This document shows positions 9,955 to 18,598 of a stretch of DNA of 64,000 bases, piece after piece. Position 1 is the first letter of the stretch; each line of letters starts with the position of its first letter. Source of the stretch: an uncultured delta proteobacterium (GTDB lineage Bacteria > Desulfobacterota > Syntrophorhabdia > Syntrophorhabdales > WCHB1-27); assembly GCA_963810935.1 (NCBI GenBank), contig CAWEPK010000009.1:96001-160000 (forward strand). Direction: 5' to 3'. The position numbers and the translations under genes are program-made. The notes beneath the pieces are model-generated. The model made no database searches and was not told the DNA's origin. It worked only from the letters and a program-made list of their open reading frames with translations.

Positions 9955-12900
9955 TTGGTCCGGATAGTTCACGCCGCTGTCAGCGGAAGGGTGCGCCTCA
10001 AGGTAGACGGCCTTCACGGGTCTCACGAGCTTAAGAAGTATCTGGAAGAAGGGCTCTCGAAGCGCGACGACGTAACCCACGTCTTTGCAAGCCCCCTTAC
10101 CGGAAACGTCCTAGTTCTTTATTCCGATCCCCGGACGCCGTCCGATATCAAAAACGAGCTTCACGCGCTCCTGCCCCTGAAAGACGGAGCGGAAAGGGCC
10201 GATGACGCCCGGCCGAAGAAGGCCGTCATACGCGAAGACCGGGTCCGTCCAGGCAACTTGAGGAAGCGCCTGGTCAGGGCAAAAGATACGCCCCCCCAGG
10301 TGCTCTGGCACATGCGGCAGCCGGCGGAGGCCGCCGTCGCCTTCGGCGCGGACTGCGAGACAGGGCTCGCCCTGGAGGCATACGGAGCGAGCCTGAAGCG
10401 CTTCGGTCCCAACCTGCTGCCGGAAGCGGTCCCGCGCTCCGGCTGGTCCATCTTCCTCGAACAGTTCAAAAGCCTTCCCGTGCTGCTTCTCGGGGTCGCA
10501 GCCGCAGTCTCGGTCTTCACCGGGGGCCTCGCGGACGCTGTAGTCATCATCAGCGTGGTAGGAATCAACGCAGCCATCGGTTACGTGACCGAAAGCAAAT
10601 CGGAAAAGATCATCCGCTCCCTGAAGAGCCTTGTGCGCCCGACAGCCCTCGTAAGGCGCGCTGGCGAGCTCGTCCAGGCGAACGTCGAAGACGTGGCGCC
10701 CGGCGACCTCCTGGTGCTCAGGCCCGGCGCCTACGTCGCGGCGGACGCGAGGCTCCTCCTCGCGCAGCACCTTAGCGTTGACGAGTCAGCCCTTACCGGC
10801 GAGAGCATGCCGGTCCACAAGACGACGGACCTCCTCGACGAGGCGGGTCTTTCGCTGGCCGACAGGACGAACATGGTGTACATGGGGACCCTGGTAACGG
10901 GCGGCCAGGGCCTCGCGGTCGTTGTTGCAACCGGCCCTTACACCGAGATCGGCCGCATCCAGATAATGGTGGGCGAGGCAAGCACCCCCGCCACACCTTT
11001 AGAGCAACAGCTCGACCGTATGGGATCGAAGCTCGCAATATTGAGCGCGGCCGTGTGCGCAGGTGTTTTCGTTGTGGGCCTTTTGCGCGGCTACGGGTTC
11101 GTCCGTATGCTCAAGTCGTGCATCTCCCTTGCAGTCGCGGCGGTGCCTGAGGGCCTCCCGGCCGTTGCCACCACCACCCTCGCCATCGGCATGAAGAGGA
11201 TGCGCGGGCATCATGTTCTCATCAGGCGCCTCGGGGCCATCGAAGCCCTCGGCTCCGTCCAGACCATATGCCTCGACAAGACAGGCACACTGACCCTCAA
11301 CAGGATGACGGTGACGGCCGTCTACACGGGCGAACGCCTGATGGATGTAGCGGAAGGCAGGTTCGTCTCCGAGGCAGGGGCGGCCGACCCGTATGCCTGC
11401 CCCGAGCTGTTGATGCTCCTCCACGTCGGCGCCCTCTGCAATGAAAGCGAGATATTCGGCTCAAACGGGACTTTTACCGTAACAGGCTCGCCTACCGAAA
11501 ACGCCCTCATCAACGTCGCGCTGGCAGCAGGCATCGATATACGGGGCTTAAGGGCAAGCTTTCCGCTCATGAATATCATCCACAGGTCGGAAACGAGGAA
11601 CCTGATGGCGACCGTCCACTCGACGAGCGACAACGGCAAATGTCTCCTCGCGATGAAGGGGAGCCCGCCGGAAGTGCTGGCCGGCTGCACCTGGTACATG
11701 AAGGACGGAAAGCGCCTCCCCCTGTCTGATGAGGTGAGGGACGAGATACAGACGGCCAACGAGGAGATGGCCGGCCAGGGCCTGCGCGCCCTCGGCATGG
11801 CGCACGCGGTCTCCGACAGCAAGCTGGTCCTGATGGAGAACGGCGACATCACGGTGAAGGACCTGACGTGGCTCGGCATAACGGGCATGACCGATCCCGT
11901 CAGGCACGGCGTAAAAGACCTCATCGCGGGCTTCCACAGGGCAGGCATAGACACGGTCATGATCACGGGAGACCAGAGCGCCACCGCCTATGCGGTGGGA
12001 AAGGAGCTCGACCTCGCAGGCGGCGAAGATATCCGGATCCTCGATTCGCGCCACCTCGCGGAGATCCAGCCGGAGGTGCTGAAAGGCCTTGCCAGGGGAC
12101 TCCACGTATTCGCGCGGGTCAGCCCGGCCCATAAGCTCCAGATCGTGCAGACGCTCCAGGATGGGGGCAAGGTCGTGGGCATGACGGGGGACGGCATCAA
12201 TGACGGCCCTGCCCTGAAGGCTGCGGCGATAGGCATTGCTATGGGGCATACGGGTACGGACGTCGCGCGCGAGGTCGCCGACGTAGTGCTCGAAGACGAC
12301 AACCTGGAGACCATGCTGATCGCCGTGAGCGAGGGGCGCACCATATACAACAATATCCGGAAATCCCTACATTACCTGCTCTCCACGAACATGAGCGAGA
12401 TCATAGTAACGTCCGTCTCGATGACGGCGGGGCTCGGAGAGCCGCTAACGCCCATGCAGTTCCTCTGGATCAACCTCGTATCCGATATCTTCCCGGGCCT
12501 GGCCCTCGCCCTCGAGCCGCCCGAGCCCGACGTCCTCCTCCGGCCCCCAAGGGACCCTGCGGAGGAGATACTGCAACCTGTCCGGCTCAAAAAGATGTTG
12601 AGGGAGGCAGCCGTCCTTTCCGCAGGCTCGCTCGGGGCATACGGGTACGGCCTGTCCCGCTACGGACAGGGGCCGGCCGCGGGCACCATGGCGTTCCTCA
12701 GCCTCACTATAAGCCAGCTCCTGCACGCGCTCACGTGCCGCTCGGAAAACAGGACGGTTTTCTCAGGCGAAAGGCAGGCGCCGAACCGCTACCTGACCGG
12801 GGCCGTCGCCGGCACGTTCCTGCTTCAGGGGGCCGCGATAGCCGTGCCGGGCCTGCGCCGCCTGCTCGGCATCAGCCGCTTGGGGCTCGTGGACGGCCTG

Positions 12901-12975
12901 GTCGCCGGCGGGGGCGCCGTTCTGCCCTTCTTCGTCAATGAAGCGCTTAAAAAGTCCAGGGGAGGCGCAGCTTGA
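9955..12975 (+). CDS. P2A-type (Ca2+/Mn2+-like) P-type ATPase with an N-terminal HMA_2 domain
   Basis: TGES, VAAVPEGL, DKTGTLT, MITGD, GDGINDGPALK, M5 STNMSE, M6 WINLVSD; N-terminus VHAAVSGRVRLKV...SPLTGNVLV. Confidence 0.92.
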   Translation: MVRIVHAAVSGRVRLKVDGLHGSHELKKYLEEGLSKRDDVTHVFASPLTGNVLVLYSDPRTPSDIKNELHALLPLKDGAERADDARPKKAVIREDRVRPGNLRKRLVRAKDTPPQVLWHMRQPAEAAVAFGADCETGLALEAYGASLKRFGPNLLPEAVPRSGWSIFLEQFKSLPVLLLGVAAAVSVFTGGLADAVVIISVVGINAAIGYVTESKSEKIIRSLKSLVRPTALVRRAGELVQANVEDVAPGDLLVLRPGAYVAADARLLLAQHLSVDESALTGESMPVHKTTDLLDEAGLSLADRTNMVYMGTLVTGGQGLAVVVATGPYTEIGRIQIMVGEASTPATPLEQQLDRMGSKLAILSAAVCAGVFVVGLLRGYGFVRMLKSCISLAVAAVPEGLPAVATTTLAIGMKRMRGHHVLIRRLGAIEALGSVQTICLDKTGTLTLNRMTVTAVYTGERLMDVAEGRFVSEAGAADPYACPELLMLLHVGALCNESEIFGSNGTFTVTGSPTENALINVALAAGIDIRGLRASFPLMNIIHRSETRNLMATVHSTSDNGKCLLAMKGSPPEVLAGCTWYMKDGKRLPLSDEVRDEIQTANEEMAGQGLRALGMAHAVSDSKLVLMENGDITVKDLTWLGITGMTDPVRHGVKDLIAGFHRAGIDTVMITGDQSATAYAVGKELDLAGGEDIRILDSRHLAEIQPEVLKGLARGLHVFARVSPAHKLQIVQTLQDGGKVVGMTGDGINDGPALKAAAIGIAMGHTGTDVAREVADVVLEDDNLETMLIAVSEGRTIYNNIRKSLHYLLSTNMSEIIVTSVSMTAGLGEPLTPMQFLWINLVSDIFPGLALALEPPEPDVLLRPPRDPAEEILQPVRLKKMLREAAVLSAGSLGAYGYGLSRYGQGPAAGTMAFLSLTISQLLHALTCRSENRTVFSGERQAPNRYLTGAVAGTFLLQGAAIAVPGLRRLLGISRLGLVDGLVAGGGAVLPFFVNEALKKSRGGAA

Positions 12976-14162
12976 ACAAGCACTTCGTATTTTCTTCCGA
13001 ATCGGTGACCGAAGGACACCCCGACAAGCTGTGCGACCAGATCAGCGACGCTTTCGTGGACCACATACTCCGGCGCGACCCGTACGCGCGCGTCGTCGCA
13101 GAGTGCGCGATATCGAACGCCATCGTTTTTATAGCGGTCCGCTTCGACAGCGCCGCCTCCGTCGATTTCCCCTACATTGCAAGGGAAGTGATCGACCAGA
13201 TTGGATATACGCACGCGGAGTTCAACTCGAAGACGTGCAGCGTAGTTACGAGCCTCCGCGAGATGCCTGCCGACGCTTACAGCCGCTTCGACGAGAGAAA
13301 CCTCACGGACGCAGAGATCGATCGCATTGTGGCCCGCAACCAGGTGACCGTCTTCGGTTTTGCATGCACCCAGACTCCAGCGTTCATGCCTTTGCCCATC
13401 TGGCTCGCCCACAAGCTGTCACGCAGGCTCACGTCGGTCCGCCTGCAGAACAGGCTCACGGACCTCGGGCCGGACGGTTGGACGCAGGTGGGCGTAGAGT
13501 ACGAGGACCGCAAGCCGAGCCGCATCCATAGCATGACGGTCATCGCGAGCACTACGCGGCAGGAGGTGACGCTTAAGACCCTGCACGAGATGATCATGGA
13601 GGAAGTGATCAAGCCCGTTTTCACCGACGAGACCTTCAGGCCGGATGAAAAGACGCGCATTTTCATAAACCCGGACGGCCTCTTTTACGGCGGCGGCCCG
13701 TCCGTCCACAGCGGTCTCACGGGTAGGAAGAACGCAATCGATACGTACGGCGAGTACTCGCGCCACAGCGGCGCCGCATTAAGCGGCAAGGACCCGCTGC
13801 GGATCGACCGCTCCGGGGCATACGCCGCGCGGTACGCCGCAAAGAACGTAGTGGCCGCCGGGTTGGCAGAGGAGTGTGAGGTTACTTTGAGCTACACCAT
13901 AGGGCTCGCGCAGCCCGTGAGCATACAGGTGGAGACCTTCGGCACGGGCAAGCTGTCGGACGATGATATCGTCGCCCTTGTCGGCCGCCATATCGATTTC
14001 CGTCCCGCCGCGGTCCTGCGGCAGTTCAACCTCCGCTATCTCCCGTCAACGGTCAAGGGCGGCTTCTACCGCCGCCTGGCCGCTTACGGACACGTAGGGC
14101 GCATGGATATAGGCCTTCCCTGGGAGGTAACGGACAGGGCGCGCCTCCTCCGGTCGGGCTGA
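12972..14162 (+). CDS. Divergent methionine adenosyltransferase (MetK) paralogue
   Basis: SESVTEGHPDK, GLTGRK, SGKD..IDRS, AYAARY and AAYGH kept; GAGDQG replaced by VARNQV; TTG start overlaps the ATPase stop. Confidence 0.88.
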   Translation: MNKHFVFSSESVTEGHPDKLCDQISDAFVDHILRRDPYARVVAECAISNAIVFIAVRFDSAASVDFPYIAREVIDQIGYTHAEFNSKTCSVVTSLREMPADAYSRFDERNLTDAEIDRIVARNQVTVFGFACTQTPAFMPLPIWLAHKLSRRLTSVRLQNRLTDLGPDGWTQVGVEYEDRKPSRIHSMTVIASTTRQEVTLKTLHEMIMEEVIKPVFTDETFRPDEKTRIFINPDGLFYGGGPSVHSGLTGRKNAIDTYGEYSRHSGAALSGKDPLRIDRSGAYAARYAAKNVVAAGLAEECEVTLSYTIGLAQPVSIQVETFGTGKLSDDDIVALVGRHIDFRPAAVLRQFNLRYLPSTVKGGFYRRLAAYGHVGRMDIGLPWEVTDRARLLRSG

Positions 14163-14194
14163 CGACATTTCCACAGCACGCGAGGTTTTAAGGT

Positions 14195-15256
14195 TTGAGC
14201 CAAGAGGAGCAGATCCCTAAAATTACGAGATCGGCCGAGTTCGGCTACGAGCAGGAGCGCTCCCTGAAGAGGATGAAGCTCTTCGCTACGGCCCTTCTCG
14301 TCCTTATGGCCGTTATTTATTGCATAAGCCGCATCCTTTTGCCGCGATATCCTTTTCTCGGCTTCGTCGCGGCTTTCAGCGAGGCAGGAACCGTAGGCGC
14401 CCTTGCCGATTGGTTCGCCGTCGTGGCGCTCTTCCGCCATCCACTGAACCTGCCCATCCCCCGGACCGGGGTTATCCCGCGCAACAGGGACAGGATAGGC
14501 GAGAGCCTGGCCCGTTTCTTCAACGTGAACTTCCTGACGAAAGACCTCCTGGAGAAGAAAATGGCCTCCGTGGACCTGGCGGGCCTTCTGGCCGCCTGGC
14601 TCGCAGACGAGCGGAACGCCCAGCTCATTGCGCGGACCGCGGCCGAATACGCCCCTTCCCTGCTTCAGAACAAATGTGAAGAAAAACATGACGCCGAGCC
14701 CGCTGCCGGCCGGCCCGAAAAAGGACTTGCCCACTTCTTAGGCAGCGCGACAGAGGCAGACAGCAAGCAGACGTCCATGCGAAGCGCCGCCTTTCGCTTC
14801 CTCTCCGGTCTCGACCGCATGGGGCTTTCTCTCTACGACCGTTTGCTCGCCCCGGTCGGCCGCGCTGTATCCGGGTTCTACGACGGCGGGCTGCGCCGCA
14901 AGATCGGTGAGAAACTCCTCGAAGAGCTGAGCAACCCGGACTCCGAGCTTGTGCGCCAGGCAGCAGACTTTATCAAGAACGCAGGGCAGGAGGCGATAAG
15001 GGACAACGATCTCAGGGAAAGGATCAACAAAGGTCTGCGCGCATGGATATCGGAGGCAGTCGAAGAGAATAAAGAGCTTTTTACTGTCTTCATATCGGAT
15101 ACGGTCAGGAAATGGGACCCCGTAGCTACCAGCAGGCGGATCGAGCTGCACGTGGGCAAGGACCTGCAATGGATAAGGATAAACGGCACCATCGTAGGCG
15201 GGCTCGCCGGGCTCCTTATTTACCTCTTCACTTTTTTATTGCGGGGCATTCAATAA
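14195..15256 (+). CDS. DUF445 family membrane protein
   Basis: EAGTVGALADWFAVVALFRHP, TGVIPRNRDRIG, VGKDLQWIRINGTIVGG. Confidence 0.9.
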   Translation: MSQEEQIPKITRSAEFGYEQERSLKRMKLFATALLVLMAVIYCISRILLPRYPFLGFVAAFSEAGTVGALADWFAVVALFRHPLNLPIPRTGVIPRNRDRIGESLARFFNVNFLTKDLLEKKMASVDLAGLLAAWLADERNAQLIARTAAEYAPSLLQNKCEEKHDAEPAAGRPEKGLAHFLGSATEADSKQTSMRSAAFRFLSGLDRMGLSLYDRLLAPVGRAVSGFYDGGLRRKIGEKLLEELSNPDSELVRQAADFIKNAGQEAIRDNDLRERINKGLRAWISEAVEENKELFTVFISDTVRKWDPVATSRRIELHVGKDLQWIRINGTIVGGLAGLLIYLFTFLLRGIQ

Positions 15257-15275
15257 CGCGGGGAAATGCAGGTTC

Positions 15276-15584
15276 CTATATGAAGGCGGCGATCAGGGAG
15301 AGGACTTTCCCGGCCGCCTCGTGGATATACTGGTCGTTGGTAATCGCCTTGGACGGATCGAAGTATCCCACGCGCACGAGGACCGAGAGGATCTCGTCCC
15401 TCTTCGCCTTTTTCGGGTCGTAGTTGACCAGGCAGCTTCCCGTCCTGGTATTCACTGCGACGCTTGCCACGCCGCTTATCGTCTGGAGAAGACCCTCGAC
15501 CGCGCAGGCCGCCTCGCTATTGTTCTTCATGAAAGGCGTCATTATTCTCAGTCGTCCGGGCAGATCATGCACGTAATGGCTCAT
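15276..15584 (-). CDS. Stand-alone HMA_2-domain protein
   Basis: YVHDLPGRLRI...VNTRTGSCLVNYDP. Confidence 0.8.
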   Translation of the reverse strand: MSHYVHDLPGRLRIMTPFMKNNSEAACAVEGLLQTISGVASVAVNTRTGSCLVNYDPKKAKRDEILSVLVRVGYFDPSKAITNDQYIHEAAGKVLSLIAAFI

Positions 15585-15587
15585 GCT

Positions 15588-15920
15588 CTACTCTCCTTCT
15601 TCAGGCGTTGTCCTCTCTTCTATTTTTGCTTTCACGTACGTGCGGCAATCGGGATAACGGCTGCACCTGAATACCGCGTTGCCGTCTTTTTTTCTCTTGA
15701 ACAGGTGGGTGATTCCCCCGCAGGCGGGGCAGTCGGGCCTTATCCCCGGGCTGCGCCTCTCGCTGCCCGGTATGAACTGCCGGTTGCACATCATGCAGAT
15801 GTAGCGCTGCCGGCTCCTGGCCCATCCGTATTTATATATTGCCCGCGATCCGCACGAAGGACAGCTTACCGCGTTCTGCCCTTCCTCTCCGTTTTGGCCG
15901 TCATGTAGTTCCTGTTGCAT
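15588..15920 (-). CDS. Double zinc-ribbon protein (IS1 InsA-like N-terminus plus topoisomerase C4-type zinc finger)
   Basis: CPSC..YKYG..RQRYICMMC then CPAC..FRCSRYPDC. Confidence 0.7.
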   Translation of the reverse strand: MQQELHDGQNGEEGQNAVSCPSCGSRAIYKYGWARSRQRYICMMCNRQFIPGSERRSPGIRPDCPACGGITHLFKRKKDGNAVFRCSRYPDCRTYVKAKIEERTTPEEGE

Positions 15921-16084
15921 ACATATCAGTCTATATGCGGTTTGTTAATCCTTTATTTCCCGTATGTTAATTTTTAGTAAACTCGCACGTCCCGACACAT
16001 TTGCGGAGTGTGTGCACAATGAGACGGGCAGACTATTGTCCTCTGTTGGGAAAGGTTCTTGCGTCAGAAGGCTGCGTATGTTTC

Positions 16085-16405
16085 TTACACGACGACTTTA
16101 AGGACGCCCGTAGCGGACTCGCAGGCCATTTCAATGCATTCCTCAAGATAATCATCGGGCGTTCTTGCTTGTGAATGGTTGAAAAAGCCGCTTTCGTCCA
16201 GTACTCGCAGGAGCTTGTCGTGATCGAGCTTCGCGGGGTCGTAAAGGATCAGAGCGCTGCCGATCTCCGGCCTTAGCTTGACCGAAGAGACGCCCTCGAT
16301 GAGTGCGATGAAGTCATGGAAGTGATCTATATTCGGACTGCCCGTCTTCAAGGCAGGGCTCTCGATCCTGAGCCGTCCCGGCGTGTCGGCCATATAGTAG
16401 TTCAT
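16085..16405 (-). CDS. Stand-alone HMA_2-domain protein
   Basis: YMADTPGRLRI...GSALILYDP; GGAGG RBS; paralogous to 15276-15584. Confidence 0.75.
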   Translation of the reverse strand: MNYYMADTPGRLRIESPALKTGSPNIDHFHDFIALIEGVSSVKLRPEIGSALILYDPAKLDHDKLLRVLDESGFFNHSQARTPDDYLEECIEMACESATGVLKVVV

Positions 16406-16494
16406 TATATCCCTCCTTGCTGTCCGTCGTACGGCCCGTTCCTATTATAATACGGCGCGACGGCAGGTCCCCGGCCTTTTTCGCTGACGGCCCC

Positions 16495-17127
16495 TTAAAC
16501 TTTCTTTGCGTAGATGTTCTTGCAGATATTGACGCCGGCCACTGCGTCGGGAGCATAATAGTCGGCGCCCGTAAATGCCTGCACCTGCTCGTTGCACGGC
16601 GCCCCGCCGATGACGATCTTCACACGGTCTCGCAGGCCCGCCCTGCCCACTTCGTCGACCACGTTCTTCATCTCGGGATACGTCAGGTTGAGGAGCGCGC
16701 TCAGGCCGAGGACTGCCGCCCCGCTCTCCTTAAGGGCGGACACGAACTTATCGGCTGAAACGTTCACCCCCAGGTCGATCACCTCGAAGCCCGAACCGCG
16801 AAGCAGAGTGACGGCGATGTTCTTCCCGATATCATGGATGTCGCCTTTTACCGTCCCTATGACGACCTTGCCGGCCGACGGCTCCCCGGCAGCATTCTGG
16901 AGAAGGGGCTCGAGGCGCTTCATCACGTTCTTCAATATCTCGGCCGAGAAGATGAGCTGGCTGATGAAATACCGGCAGCTCGAAAAAAGCTCGCCCACCT
17001 CTACCATGCCGCGGTTGCACGCCTTCACGATCTCGATGGCCGGCACTCCCTGTGCGATCTTTTCCTCCACCAGACTGTAAACGCGCTTTTCTTCGAGGTC
17101 CCGCAGTGCCTTGACAAGGTCTTCCAT
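16495..17127 (-). CDS. Corrinoid (B12-binding) protein, MtbC/MtaC family
   Basis: B12-binding cap plus GTVKGDIHDIGKN, DLGVNV, GLSALL, IGGAP; GGAGGGAG RBS before ATG 17127. Confidence 0.92.
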   Translation of the reverse strand: MEDLVKALRDLEEKRVYSLVEEKIAQGVPAIEIVKACNRGMVEVGELFSSCRYFISQLIFSAEILKNVMKRLEPLLQNAAGEPSAGKVVIGTVKGDIHDIGKNIAVTLLRGSGFEVIDLGVNVSADKFVSALKESGAAVLGLSALLNLTYPEMKNVVDEVGRAGLRDRVKIVIGGAPCNEQVQAFTGADYYAPDAVAGVNICKNIYAKKV

Positions 17128-17153
17128 GATGTCTCCCTCCTCTCTGTAACGCT

Positions 17154-18518
17154 CTACAGAACCCACTGCCACAGCCAGACGTATGCCATGGCCTCCAGAC
17201 TTTCCCAGGGTTTGCGGATAAGGCCCTCGTCGCCCATGACTCCGCCTGACTCCGCCTGCCTCACATGCCACGGCGTCACCATCCTCGGGAAGGAAAACCC
17301 CTCGATCCCGCCTTTCGGGGGCGTTTTCGGCCGTGCCTTTGTACCGGCGTCGTAAACGCCGTATTCGCAGACGGCGTCTATCATCGCCCGGAAGTTCTCA
17401 GGCTTCGCCGTATAAGGGAAGTTGCAGCCGCCGCTTACGATGTAGCCGCCGCCTTTACCTACTGTCTCGCAGAGCAACTTTACCTGTTTGCGCATCTCTT
17501 CCGGCGTGCCGAGGATGAACTGCGAATCCTTGATGCCGCCCGCCAGGCACTGGTGGTGGCCTATCTCCTCCTTGGCCTTGAAGATATCGCCCTCGTTGTC
17601 GATGTCGCAAAGCACCTTGCCTTTCGGCAGCTCGAGCATGTGGCGCCAGTGCATCCCCCAATCGCCTTCGAGGTACGCCCTGACCGTGTGCCCGGCGCCT
17701 ATTAGTATCTCCATCACTTTTTTGAAAGAGGGCCAGTAGAACTGCTCGAACTGGTCGGGAGACAAAAAGCAGGCCTTATGGGTCGGCACGAAGATGGGCC
17801 AACGCTTAAGCGGGTCCGCCAGGGCCAGGGCTATGTTGGCCATCTCGCCGACCAGGGAATCGCACGCAGCTATCACCTTTTCCGGCTGGCGGTAGCAATC
17901 TAGGAAAATCCCGGTCAGGCCGCGCATCGCGTCTGCGAGCACGTCGAAGGGCGCCAGGAAAAAGCCGGCCATCGGCTGCGGCATGCCTGCTTCGTTCTGC
18001 AGGACGGCTGTCCGGTTCCGCATCACCTGGCCCGCCATAGCCTGCGCCATCCCGCCTTTGAGGAACGCCATGTACGACCGGATGGACCCGCGCTCGCCGA
18101 ACTCGCCGAATATCCTCGGCAGCCATCTTTCGAAGAGGAATTCGACGGGCCTTTCGATCAGGATGTCATATTCGTCCGCCTTCATATATTCTTCTTCGAC
18201 AAACTGGAACTGGTCGCCGGGCGGCAGGTCGCGGCCGGGCAGCTTATACGTCTTCAGCCCCACGGCGTCGAATAGCGGCCCGTAAATACGGTTATTCCTC
18301 AGTACGTCGACTTCCGGGAAATCACGGCAGAAGGCAAGCTCGGCCTGTAGCCACTTTTCGGGGTCGTAGATCGTTTCCTGGTTGGTGTTGCCTGAGTAGA
18401 CCTCGGCGAAATAGTTGCTCCCCGGGGCAATCGGTATGCGGTCGGTCGGCTCCAGGGCGATGGCGGCCTGGTAGCGGCCAAGCCTCTGCTCGAAAAGCTC
18501 GTTCATCTGAGCCGTCAT
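17154..18518 (-). CDS. Uroporphyrinogen decarboxylase-family protein (probable corrinoid-dependent methyltransferase)
   Basis: EPTDRIP, APFDVLADAMRG, FEQFYWP, GTPEEM, GGGYIVSGGC, ENFRAMID; adjacent to a corrinoid protein. Confidence 0.85.
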   Translation of the reverse strand: MTAQMNELFEQRLGRYQAAIALEPTDRIPIAPGSNYFAEVYSGNTNQETIYDPEKWLQAELAFCRDFPEVDVLRNNRIYGPLFDAVGLKTYKLPGRDLPPGDQFQFVEEEYMKADEYDILIERPVEFLFERWLPRIFGEFGERGSIRSYMAFLKGGMAQAMAGQVMRNRTAVLQNEAGMPQPMAGFFLAPFDVLADAMRGLTGIFLDCYRQPEKVIAACDSLVGEMANIALALADPLKRWPIFVPTHKACFLSPDQFEQFYWPSFKKVMEILIGAGHTVRAYLEGDWGMHWRHMLELPKGKVLCDIDNEGDIFKAKEEIGHHQCLAGGIKDSQFILGTPEEMRKQVKLLCETVGKGGGYIVSGGCNFPYTAKPENFRAMIDAVCEYGVYDAGTKARPKTPPKGGIEGFSFPRMVTPWHVRQAESGGVMGDEGLIRKPWESLEAMAYVWLWQWVL

Positions 18519-18598
18519 GTCCCAAGACCTCCTTGTCGTATTAATCGCGCATGTCCGGACCGCGCGGACCTGTCAGGGCCGGGTGCGAATTTATGAAA

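Noticed and set aside
15588..15920. Active IS1 element
   Set aside because: No InsB/DDE domain, terminal inverted repeats or target duplication visible.
8425..16405. Magnetosome island
   Set aside because: No core mam genes (mamA, B, E, K, M, Q) recognised; similarity is limited to MamC-like small membrane proteins.
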